The notes below the pieces were generated by a model. It saw only the letters and a program-made list of their open reading frames with translations. It was not told the DNA's origin and searched no databases. Both the position numbers and the translations under genes were made by a program. 32,000 nucleotides of DNA from Promethearchaeia archaeon (GTDB lineage Archaea; Asgardarchaeota; Lokiarchaeia; Sigyniarchaeales; SOKP01), in assembly GCA_046497275.1 (NCBI GenBank), contig JAWOFX010000083.1:5721-37720 (forward strand). Direction: 5' to 3'. Positions 1 through 8,381 of this stretch are shown here, piece after piece. Within the stretch, counting starts at the first letter, position 1; each line of letters starts with the position of its first letter.

Positions 1-1
1 A

Positions 2-1816
2 TCTACTCATATTGGACAAGAATCGAGCTATTTAGATTATGAAGCAAAAAGCTTTTTAGCAGGGTTATGTGATGCTGTAGGGATGGAAATTTCGGATGCA
101 GTTCAAATTGCTGCGTATGGATTTCCTGTTGGAGAACCAGATGTTCCTAATGTAGAATTAGGGATGGGTACTATGGATACAGAGAATAAGGCAACTATAT
201 TAATGGTTGGTCACAATGTTGCTCCTGGAATTGAATTAGTAGATTATATGAGAGAAGCAGGTCTTGAAGATAAAGTTGATGTAGGAGCAATTTGTTGTAC
301 GGCAATTGATTTAACAAGATATTATGAAGGTGCTAAAATTGTTGGATCTCTTTCAAGACAGATGTTTTATATTCGTTCAGGATTAGCAGATGTTGTAATG
401 GTAGACGAGCAATGTGTCCACTTAAGATGTTATGATGAAGCAAAGAAAGTTAATGCCCCATTTATCGCCACAAACGATAAAAGGATGTGCGGATTACCTG
501 ATAGGACTGATGATCCGGAAGAAGAAATCATTGATGATTTAGTTAGTGGAAAGGTTGATGGAGTCTTAATACTGGATCCTGTGAAAGCGGGAAAAGTAGC
601 TGTAGAGACAGCAGTGAGAGTAAAACCAATCAGAAAAGGTAAAAGTGCTGTTCCAGATAAAGAAGGTTGTATGGAAATGGCATTAAATTGTAATGGATGT
701 GGAAATTGCCAGAGGAATTGTCCTAATGATTTACCTTTAGTTGATGGAGTCAATGCTGCCAAGCAAGGAGATTTCTCAATTCTAGAAGAGACATTCGATA
801 ACTGTTTAGATTGCGGACGATGCGAAGAAGATTGTATGAAAGGAGTATCACCTCTCACACTTTTAATGTATGCTGGAAGAGAAAAGATTAGAAATGAAAC
901 TTTCAATGTAAGAGTGGGACGTGGTCCAATTCGGGATACAGAAATCAGAAATGTTGGAGCTCCTATTGTATTAGGAGAAATTCCTGGAATTGTTGCGATC
1001 ATAGGATGTGCGAATTATGCGAAAGAAATTCAAGAACTTTATTTAATGGCAGAAGAATTCTGCAGCAGAAATTATATTGTGTGTGTTTCAGGTTGTGCTG
1101 CCATGGATATTGGACTGGTTAAGAATGAAGAAGGACAAACATTATATGATAGATTTCCAGGAGATTTTGACAGAGGAGGTTTAGTTAATGTTGGTTCATG
1201 TGTATCTAATCCACATATTAATGGTGCAGCAGTAAAAGTAGCAAATATATTTGCCCGTAGACCTCTAAGAGGGAATTATGAAGAGATTGCGGATTATGTC
1301 TTAAACAGAGTAGGTGCGTGTGGTGTTGCTTGGGGAGCGATGAGTCAAAAAGCAGCAAGTATCGCAAGCAGTTGTAATGGAATGGGTATCCCAGCTATCT
1401 GTGGCCCTCATTCAACAGAATATAGAAGAATGTATATTGGAAGAGCGGATGATGAAGATGTTTGGAAAGTGTATAATGCCAGAGATGGTACGGGCGATCA
1501 TTTAGTTGGTCCAGGACCAGAGCATTTACTTACAACCGCTGAAACAATTGAAGAAGCTATATGTCTAACAGCAAAAATGTGTATCAGACCTGCTGATAAC
1601 TCAAAAGGAAGAATGATTAAAATATCTCACTGGATGGATTTGGAACGCAAATATAAAGGTGTTGATATACCAGAAGATCTTGAAAAATTCATTCGAGTTG
1701 AAGCTGACATTCCAATCAATCTGAAAACTGAGATTATGGAATATCTTGAGAATGTTGGCTGGGAAGAAAAAGAGATAGTTGACCCAACTCTATTTGAGAA
1801 ATTCTGTCATTCCTAA
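2..1816 (+). CDS. cdhA: CO dehydrogenase/acetyl-CoA synthase alpha subunit (archaeal Cdh type), 5'-truncated by the window edge
   Basis: The frame is open from base 2 (STHIGQESSYLDYEAKSFLAGLCDAVG precedes the M at 83). C-cluster ligand motifs: VGHNV, AICCTAIDLTRY, VDEQC, SGCAAM, GSCVSN, AMSQKA. Two ferredoxin motifs, CNGCGNCQRNCP and CLDCGRCEEDC, are typical of CdhA. Confidence 0.97.
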   Translation, partial: STHIGQESSYLDYEAKSFLAGLCDAVGMEISDAVQIAAYGFPVGEPDVPNVELGMGTMDTENKATILMVGHNVAPGIELVDYMREAGLEDKVDVGAICCTAIDLTRYYEGAKIVGSLSRQMFYIRSGLADVVMVDEQCVHLRCYDEAKKVNAPFIATNDKRMCGLPDRTDDPEEEIIDDLVSGKVDGVLILDPVKAGKVAVETAVRVKPIRKGKSAVPDKEGCMEMALNCNGCGNCQRNCPNDLPLVDGVNAAKQGDFSILEETFDNCLDCGRCEEDCMKGVSPLTLLMYAGREKIRNETFNVRVGRGPIRDTEIRNVGAPIVLGEIPGIVAIIGCANYAKEIQELYLMAEEFCSRNYIVCVSGCAAMDIGLVKNEEGQTLYDRFPGDFDRGGLVNVGSCVSNPHINGAAVKVANIFARRPLRGNYEEIADYVLNRVGACGVAWGAMSQKAASIASSCNGMGIPAICGPHSTEYRRMYIGRADDEDVWKVYNARDGTGDHLVGPGPEHLLTTAETIEEAICLTAKMCIRPADNSKGRMIKISHWMDLERKYKGVDIPEDLEKFIRVEADIPINLKTEIMEYLENVGWEEKEIVDPTLFEKFCHS

Positions 1817-1822
1817 AAGCAT

Positions 1823-1860
1823 ATTTTTCTTTTTTTATTTTATTTCTAAATTTTTTATTT
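1823..1860 (+). terminator. Oligo-T tract downstream of cdhA, probable archaeal intrinsic terminator
   Basis: ATTTTTCTTTTTTTATTTTATTTCTAAATTTTTTATTT lies right after the stop codon; the next gene is convergent. Confidence 0.45.
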
Positions 1861-2012
1861 CTTATTATAGATTTCCTAATTAATTCATAATTTATATCTA
1901 AATATCATTATTAGAAAAAAAGCCCATGATTAATTTAGATATGCGAAAAGATCCCCTACATTTTTAAAAGAGAAAAGGGAGGATAAAAAGAGCCTATGAG
2001 ATCTTAATGATA

Positions 2013-2609
2013 TTATAAGGATGATAAGAAATCTGAAATTGCTTCGGGTTGTCTTTCTTCGTCTGTAAGTTCATCAGGCATTTCTATTTCTAGAAAAGTA
2101 AACTTATATCTACATCTATCATCATCCATTAAGACACACTCAATCTCCTCTCCTTCTGATTCAAACCCAAGAGTTCCTAAAACCCCATTTAAGATTCCTT
2201 GAGTAATAAGGCATAAATTCTTAGCCATTATATTTTCTTTTTCCTCTTCTGCTAAGGAGCCATAAATATTAACCAATAGGTGATCTTTCTTAAAAGCAGC
2301 ATCTATATATCCAAATCCCATAAGTGCTAACGCTTCAAGAATACCTAAGAAAACTTCTTTTCTTACAGGTATTTCCTCTACAGTCCAATCTTTTTCGTAA
2401 AAATATTTATCCATTATTTCCTTTCCTATAGTTTTTCCACTCCAGATCAGAATATCATCAGCATTTGCCCCGGCAAATTCTGAAAATTCAATGAGATCTA
2501 TCGGTCGGAGCATCAATAAACGAATGTCTTTTTTATCATCACCTAGGAAAAGGTGTGATTTTTTATTATCTATGTTGATTTGTAGTTCTTTTTTTATTCT
2601 TTTAAACAT
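2013..2609 (-). CDS. V4R (4-vinyl reductase)-domain protein
   Basis: 198 aa with the V4R pattern: helix with GKTIGKEI, LALMGFGYI, GILNGVLGTL and C-terminal EEIECVLMDDDRCRYKF (E..C......C.F); acidic tail. Confidence 0.8.
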   Translation of the reverse strand: MFKRIKKELQINIDNKKSHLFLGDDKKDIRLLMLRPIDLIEFSEFAGANADDILIWSGKTIGKEIMDKYFYEKDWTVEEIPVRKEVFLGILEALALMGFGYIDAAFKKDHLLVNIYGSLAEEEKENIMAKNLCLITQGILNGVLGTLGFESEGEEIECVLMDDDRCRYKFTFLEIEMPDELTDEERQPEAISDFLSSL

Positions 2610-2808
2610 ATTTTTGACCCTTTTTTAATAAAATATGAATGATAGCAAGAAACTCTATATCTTGTATGTTTTACAATTAATTAATTAGATATATAAATTT
2701 ATTGATTAATGAAAATGAATACTTAGTTAAAAAGGATATATCAATTATTTTAATAAAAATATTAAATTCTGATAATTCGCATTATAAAATCGTTCAATGA
2801 TATTGATT

Positions 2809-3864
2809 CTATATTAAATCTTCAGAAGAAATTAGATTAAAAATTATATTCAAAACTTCTTCAATATTATACCCTGTCTTCACGGATGTGAAGAGAAATT
2901 TCCATTGTCTGTCTGAAATACGATCAAATTCAAAAAAATCAAAGATTTCTTGTTCAAGTCTATAAATTTGGGTTTTATCAATATTTTTTCCATTAGAATG
3001 ATTGACTAAGTCAATCTTATTTCCCAAAATAAGTAAGGGGACTTCTTTCAATTCATAACGATTGAGAATTTTCCAAAATTCTCTTTTAGACTCTTCAAAT
3101 TGGAGTTGATTTGAAATATCAATCATAAATATTAAAATATTAGAATCTTGAAGACCTAGAAGCCATTTTTTTCTGAAAGTTCTTTGACCTGGCATATCCC
3201 ATATTGAAAGAAAGCCATCTTTCTCTTTTACATATTCAATATTAAACTTTCTCGTTGGAGTAAAATAATTATCATTAAATTTTCCTGTTTTTATTCTTCT
3301 TACTAAACTCGTCTTTCCAACCTCTTGTATTCCAAATAGAAACACTTTTACAAATATTTGTTCTTGATAATGAAATTCTATTTGAGGTCTTTTTTCAACA
3401 ACCTCATCCCCATATTTGCGTAGACTAATAAAAAGTGTAATCAGTAGGTTTTCGATTTCCATCTCATCTTCAAAACTAAAACTAGTTTCAGTATTAAGAT
3501 ATTCATGGAGTTGTTCTAAAAAGATGTCTTTATAATCGTATGGATTATCTTCTTTTTCAAAAATTAATCCAAGACTAATTCTCTTGTTAATGGAAGTAGA
3601 GTATATATTTAATCCATCAATAATTTGGGGAACAGGGTCATTAATGATATAGCTATTATGTGAATTCCTATTTTTTAACGTGTGAGATTTCCCGTTATTT
3701 CGATCTCGATATTTATTGATTAAATCTCCATGATCTTGACTATAGATTATCTTTCGAATTAAATCCCTTTCTTCAATATTAATCGAAGAAGGATAGCTAT
3801 AGATATTTAACTGATCCAGATCTGTCAGATTCTTACCCTTCAATAAAAAGATATTTAATAGCAA
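2809..3864 (-). CDS. Small GTPase (Arf-like) with N-terminal ~165-aa putative longin/uDENN-like domain
   Basis: TTG start. G1 GIQEVGKTS, G2 TPTRKFNIE, G3 WDMPGQ, G4 NKID and G5 TSVK are all present. The GTPase call is strong; the N-domain fold is an inference from the strand/helix pattern. Confidence 0.9.
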   Translation of the reverse strand: MLLNIFLLKGKNLTDLDQLNIYSYPSSINIEERDLIRKIIYSQDHGDLINKYRDRNNGKSHTLKNRNSHNSYIINDPVPQIIDGLNIYSTSINKRISLGLIFEKEDNPYDYKDIFLEQLHEYLNTETSFSFEDEMEIENLLITLFISLRKYGDEVVEKRPQIEFHYQEQIFVKVFLFGIQEVGKTSLVRRIKTGKFNDNYFTPTRKFNIEYVKEKDGFLSIWDMPGQRTFRKKWLLGLQDSNILIFMIDISNQLQFEESKREFWKILNRYELKEVPLLILGNKIDLVNHSNGKNIDKTQIYRLEQEIFDFFEFDRISDRQWKFLFTSVKTGYNIEEVLNIIFNLISSEDLI

Positions 3865-4073
3865 TTAAAGATCTAAGGATGATTTAATTTCAATATTAAT
3901 TTGGATAATTATAAAAAACTAAAAAGGTTTTTGAACTCTTAACAAATCATCTAATTTTTAGGAAAAAAGAGATAGTTTTACGGAGTTAAAAAAATGGTGG
4001 ATATCAAGAATTTTTTAAGCCTTTAGGGATAAAAATATTGATTATTATACTAACAGTTGGTTCTTCCAAACTT

Positions 4074-5453
4074 TTAAACGTCTGAATTTTCTTTGGATCC
4101 TTCGTCTTGCTCTTCTTGTTCTTCAGTCTCTTCCGAACTGACTGGAGTTCCACAAATTGGGCATTCAGTCCATCCTTCTCTCAAACCATAACCGCAGTTA
4201 GAACATTCCTTCATATTCTCTTCAGGCTCCCATTCTGGTATATCTAAGCCTCCTTGTCTCTTTTTAGCTAACTCTGTTAATTCATCTTCTGTCCATACTT
4301 CCATTCCCTCGGGTAATCCTGAACCTCTCTCCTCTTTGATTTTTTGGAGTTCATCTTCTGTCCAAACTCCTACGCCCTCTGGGAGTGATGATGAGGCTCT
4401 CTTTCTAGATTCTTCAGCTAATTCTTCAGCAGTCCATTGCTTTAATTCCTGTCCTCCTGGAGTAGTCATTCCTGTCCCTTGTTGAGAAGGCTGACTCTGA
4501 GCAGGATCTTGTGAAGGACTTACTTCTAAAGAGGGAGCATCATAACAAGCTGCTGAAAGTCTTAAGGCAGATTCAAAACAAACCTCGAAATCTTTTTCTT
4601 TATTGGATTCATTCATAACCACAATTAAAGTTGTTTTATCTGAGGGTTGTGGCAAAGCGAGAGCCGAAATAGATATTTCTGAATCTATACGTCCTGACTC
4701 CAATCCAGAAGTTAAATTCTTCAGAACATTAAGTAAATCATCTCGATTCATTAAAAAATCGCAAATAGGTTCACCATGACGTTGATACCCTTCATGATAA
4801 CGGGCTAAATGACTTTTAGTTGCGGTTAATTCTAGAGATTCAAGAATTGCAGAGATATATGCAAAATTATATGATTTCTTAGCTTTCTCTTCAGATTCTT
4901 TAAATTCATAATCTAAATCCAGCTCCCCCATAATAGGTGCGAAAAGAGGATCCTCGTCCTTTAAATTTCCGAATATGGTTGTCTTAGAAATTACAGTCTT
5001 AATCTCTCCGTAATAAGCAATAATATCATCGTATAATTCAATTGAATCATCTTTTAAAATTATTTGAGGAGCAGTTCTGAATAATACTTCCCCCCAAGGC
5101 ATCTCTTTTACAGGGATGATCGCATAACATACCTTCTCAATATAATCTTCAAGTATTTTTTTATATTTCTTAAACAAATTATTTAATTCTTTTTTCTCTT
5201 CCGCATTCTCTTCTTTCTCAATCTCCTCATTTACGCGATTTATGAATAATTTTAACGCTTCGTCATTTTTTTTAGCTACACCTCCAAAATATTTTACTTC
5301 TCCCACAATATTATCTTCTAGAATGGATGTTGCATTAGTTAACATTTCTTTTTGAAATTTTGAAAGTTCATCCTTTGGAGTAAGAAATATATAATCGAGG
5401 ATATCAAATTCAGACGTGTCAATTATTTCCTTAAACTTTTGTTGAACAGACAT
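4074..5453 (-). CDS. Hypothetical protein with low-complexity linker, W-T-x-E/D-E-L repeats and C-terminal double zinc ribbon
   Basis: 459-aa ORF with ATG start. C-terminal CSNCGYGLREGWTECPICG and an acidic tail. The N-terminal ~300 aa are not recognised. Confidence 0.75.
   Translation of the reverse strand: MSVQQKFKEIIDTSEFDILDYIFLTPKDELSKFQKEMLTNATSILEDNIVGEVKYFGGVAKKNDEALKLFINRVNEEIEKEENAEEKKELNNLFKKYKKILEDYIEKVCYAIIPVKEMPWGEVLFRTAPQIILKDDSIELYDDIIAYYGEIKTVISKTTIFGNLKDEDPLFAPIMGELDLDYEFKESEEKAKKSYNFAYISAILESLELTATKSHLARYHEGYQRHGEPICDFLMNRDDLLNVLKNLTSGLESGRIDSEISISALALPQPSDKTTLIVVMNESNKEKDFEVCFESALRLSAACYDAPSLEVSPSQDPAQSQPSQQGTGMTTPGGQELKQWTAEELAEESRKRASSSLPEGVGVWTEDELQKIKEERGSGLPEGMEVWTEDELTELAKKRQGGLDIPEWEPEENMKECSNCGYGLREGWTECPICGTPVSSEETEEQEEQDEGSKENSDV
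4230..4436 (-). repeat. Intragenic imperfect 21-24 aa repeat (LPEGxxVWTEDEL)
   Basis: Trp codons at 4434-4436, 4362-4364, 4293-4295 and 4230-4232 (spacing 72, 69, 63 nt). TTCATCTTCTGTCCA occurs twice on the + strand. Confidence 0.85.
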
Positions 5454-5591
5454 TACTAAAACCCTATATTAATATTTATCGTGAAATTTGATGTTTCTAA
5501 GATCCTATCAAAAGGCAGATATAAAAATTTAAGTGATATTTTATAGTTCTTCGGATTATGAAATCCTTTAAAAATTCTTAAGAGAGTCTTG

Positions 5592-5628
5592 TAAGATAAT
5601 TAAGATAATTTATAAAAATTAAGATAAT
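5592..5628 (+). repeat. Three copies of TAAGATAAT in the divergent intergenic region
   Basis: Exact 9-mers start at 5592, 5601 and 5620. Confidence 0.6.
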
Positions 5629-6040
5629 ATTAAAAATCAGATAAAGAATATTTAGAATTAACCGGATCAATTACCTTTTTATTATACTTATTTTGATAAG
5701 AAAACCCACTTGAGGCGTTCCTATTCAATAGAATCAAATGAAGAAGTCAAATTTTAAATTTCCTACTTTTACTATGAAAAAAGGGAAAAGAAATTGAAAA
5801 ATGTTCATCTACGTTTAAATTTAAAATAATTGAAATTTTTAATTTTTATAAATTCATATATTTAAATTTCATCCAATAAATCTTAGTAAAATCTTAATAT
5901 TTAAAGAATTAATGTCTTAATAGTATTTACTTAAATAATATTCGCAGAATTGCCAGAAAACGCTAAAAACATAGACATCGAGATGAAAATAAACATTTAA
6001 ATATAATATCACAATAATATGTAATAATAAGAATTTATAA

Positions 6041-6049
6041 TAAGGCGAT
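6041..6049 (+). promoter_or_regulatory. Shine-Dalgarno-like TAAGGCGAT upstream of RHH gene 1
   Basis: Ends 5 nt before the ATG at 6055; the same 9-mer has the same spacing before the paralog at 7816. Confidence 0.6.
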
Positions 6050-6054
6050 AATAA

Positions 6055-6351
6055 ATGAAGATTGTGACGGTAAATGTACCAGAGTCATATCTCGACGCTA
6101 TAGATAAATTAACGGGGAATAAGGGTCTATATCCTTCGCGCTCAGAACTTATTAGATGTGCAGTGAGGGATTTTTTATTAAAAGAGTTAAGTATGGCTAA
6201 AAAGCTCAAAAAATATACCATGAAGGGAGAAGATGGAGAAGACCTTCCTGAGAGTGATTATGTACGTATACCAGTAAGTAGCAAGAATGAAAAAAGTGAA
6301 TCTATTAATGATTTTAAAACGTATAAAATCATTAGGAGACTTGAATATTAG
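6055..6351 (+). CDS. Ribbon-helix-helix (CopG/Arc/MetJ-like) transcriptional regulator, paralog 1
   Basis: Strand KIVTVNVP, helix [10 protein letters not shown], turn GLYPSRS, helix [11 protein letters not shown]; plus a ~50-aa C-terminal extension. Confidence 0.92.
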   Translation: MKIVTVNVPESYLDAIDKLTGNKGLYPSRSELIRCAVRDFLLKELSMAKKLKKYTMKGEDGEDLPESDYVRIPVSSKNEKSESINDFKTYKIIRRLEY

Positions 6352-6368
6352 AGGGTTGGAAAGGATTA

Positions 6369-6422
6369 AATTTTTCACTTATTATTTTTTCTTAATATTT
6401 TCTTTATATCTTTTTTTTCTTT
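6369..6422 (+). terminator. T-rich tract after RHH gene 1, probable terminator
   Basis: Several T5-T8 runs directly downstream of the stop codon. Confidence 0.4.
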
Positions 6423-6690
6423 CGATTCATAACTTTAATTTGCTTTGAAAAATAAAACCTATCTTTAACATCCTTAAAGAAAAAGATTTTGTATGAAATA
6501 TTTTTAAATTGAATTTTTAAAAGGTCTTTAAAATGTTCAGACAAAGTTTACGAGCATTAATAAATAATTAAAATATTTTTAATGTATAATACTTTGAAAA
6601 TCCTAATTTTGGAAATGTGATTTCGATTTTAAAAGATATTTTACACGTTCTTTTAAATTATTTAAGTTCCATTAGATAAAAAAAATTAAG

Positions 6691-7551
6691 ATGTATAATA
6701 ATTTATATTTAATAATGAACAACAATAGAAAATGGGTATTGATAACGGGAGCAAGTACAGGAATCGGTCGAGCTTCTGCGAAATATCTTGCCAACAACGG
6801 GTTCAACGTATTCGGAGGTGTGAGGAATGAAACCGATTTTCAAGATATAGCAAAATTAGCAAATATTCACCCAATTAAGCTTGATGTGACAATTACAGCG
6901 TCTATTCAAAATGCCTTCAATACTATCAAGAATCAAAATATCGATCTTTATGCTCTTATAAATAATGCGGGTATCGCACGAGCGGGTCCTCTAATGGATC
7001 TCCCCATTCAAGACCTTAGAGAGCAATTTGATGTAAATGTGTTCGGAGTTCATAGAGTGACGAGAACGTTCTTTCCCCTCCTTAATAAGAAAATAGGGAG
7101 AATAATAATGATCAGTAGTGATAGTGGATTTTTCGCAACACCTTTTTTTGGTCCATATTGTGCGAGTAAGTTTGCATTAGAGGGATATAGCGATTCGTTA
7201 CGGAGAGAATTATTGCTCTGTGAAATGAAGGTAATTCTAATCCAACCAGGTCGGGTAAAGACTCCTATCTGGGATAAAGGTAAAAGCTTGTTAGAACGTG
7301 AAGGGAAATCATTTTTTATGAAGTATGCAAAAAAACTGGGTGAAGAGGCTATAGAGAAGGGAAAAACTAAAGGACTTCCACCAAGAGAGGTGGCAAGGGT
7401 TGTTCATAAAGCATTAACAAAAAAGAACCCGAAATTACGATATTTAATTGCTCCAAGTACCTTTAAATATCGCTTAATAAAACTTCTCCCTGAAAAATGG
7501 GTTGATAAGATGGTCAAGAAAGAATATGAAAAAATTGAAGAAAAATTATAA
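6691..7551 (+). CDS. Classical short-chain dehydrogenase/reductase (RDH/17beta-HSD-like), probably NADP(H)-preferring
   Basis: TGASTGIG, NNAG, catalytic Ser (MISS) and YCASK. Arg after beta2 (GVRN). The true start may be the ATG at 6715. Confidence 0.95.
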   Translation: MYNNLYLIMNNNRKWVLITGASTGIGRASAKYLANNGFNVFGGVRNETDFQDIAKLANIHPIKLDVTITASIQNAFNTIKNQNIDLYALINNAGIARAGPLMDLPIQDLREQFDVNVFGVHRVTRTFFPLLNKKIGRIIMISSDSGFFATPFFGPYCASKFALEGYSDSLRRELLLCEMKVILIQPGRVKTPIWDKGKSLLEREGKSFFMKYAKKLGEEAIEKGKTKGLPPREVARVVHKALTKKNPKLRYLIAPSTFKYRLIKLLPEKWVDKMVKKEYEKIEEKL

Positions 7552-7801
7552 ATTGTTCATCTAAGTTTAAATAGAAAATAGAGGAAAAAAGTTTTGTTTA
7601 TAAATCGAAATGGCGATACGTTAAGCCATTTCATATGAGGAAAAATAGAGTATTTAAAAAATTAATACTTTAATAAATAATACTTAAATATCTAACAAGA
7701 TTATATATGATTCTTTTACAAATTCCGTCATATTAATCCGATAAAGACAAATCTTATATACTATAGTTTAATAAAATATATTATAAAAAAAGTATGTGAA
7801 T

Positions 7802-7810
7802 TAAGGCGAT
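7802..7810 (+). promoter_or_regulatory. Shine-Dalgarno-like TAAGGCGAT upstream of RHH gene 2
   Basis: Ends 5 nt before the TTG at 7816, which supports the TTG start. Confidence 0.6.
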
Positions 7811-7815
7811 TTAAT

Positions 7816-8106
7816 TTGAAGATTGTTACTGTAAATGTTCCAGAGTCATATATAGATGTAATTGGTAGGTTGGTTGGAGAGAATGGTCTTTACCCTTCTA
7901 GGTCAGAATTAATAAGATGTGCCGTTCGAGAATTTTTAATAAAAGAGTTAAAAATGGCCAAAAGTATTCAAAAATATAATACTAAGTCAGAAATGCAACA
8001 TTTCGATGATAAGAAGTATGTGAGAGTTCCTGTAGAGGATTTAAATGAAGATGAGCCCGTAAGAGAATTTAAAACCTATAAAATTATTAAAAGATTAGAA
8101 TATTGA
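7816..8106 (+). CDS. Ribbon-helix-helix transcriptional regulator, paralog 2
   Basis: 39 of the first 49 residues are identical to the 6055 protein (hand alignment); it shares the C-terminal FKTYKII[RK]RLEY. Confidence 0.92.
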   Translation: MKIVTVNVPESYIDVIGRLVGENGLYPSRSELIRCAVREFLIKELKMAKSIQKYNTKSEMQHFDDKKYVRVPVEDLNEDEPVREFKTYKIIKRLEY

Positions 8107-8381
8107 AAAAATTACAAAGATTTTAATTAATGGTATTTTATTCCAAAGATGTTATTCTCTCTATTTTTTTTATTTTTATCACCAGATAAATAATTTTATG
8201 TTTTCACAGAGTTCTTTGCTTATTGATTGAAAATATGAAATTTGTTCAAAAATAGCATAGATCTATTTAATCTATGAATTTAAAATAAAAACTATAAAAA
8301 TTAGTAAGTTATAATTAATTACATAAATGTTATTAATTATGCTCATAGTATAGCAGAAAACACCAAACTCAATACCAAGAC

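Noticed and set aside
430-1002. 190-aa antisense ORF
   Set aside because: It lies wholly opposite the conserved cdhA and has no recognisable motifs; a shadow ORF.
6009-6378. Two short minus-strand ORFs (70 and 63 aa)
   Set aside because: They overlap the well-supported RHH gene and have no motifs.
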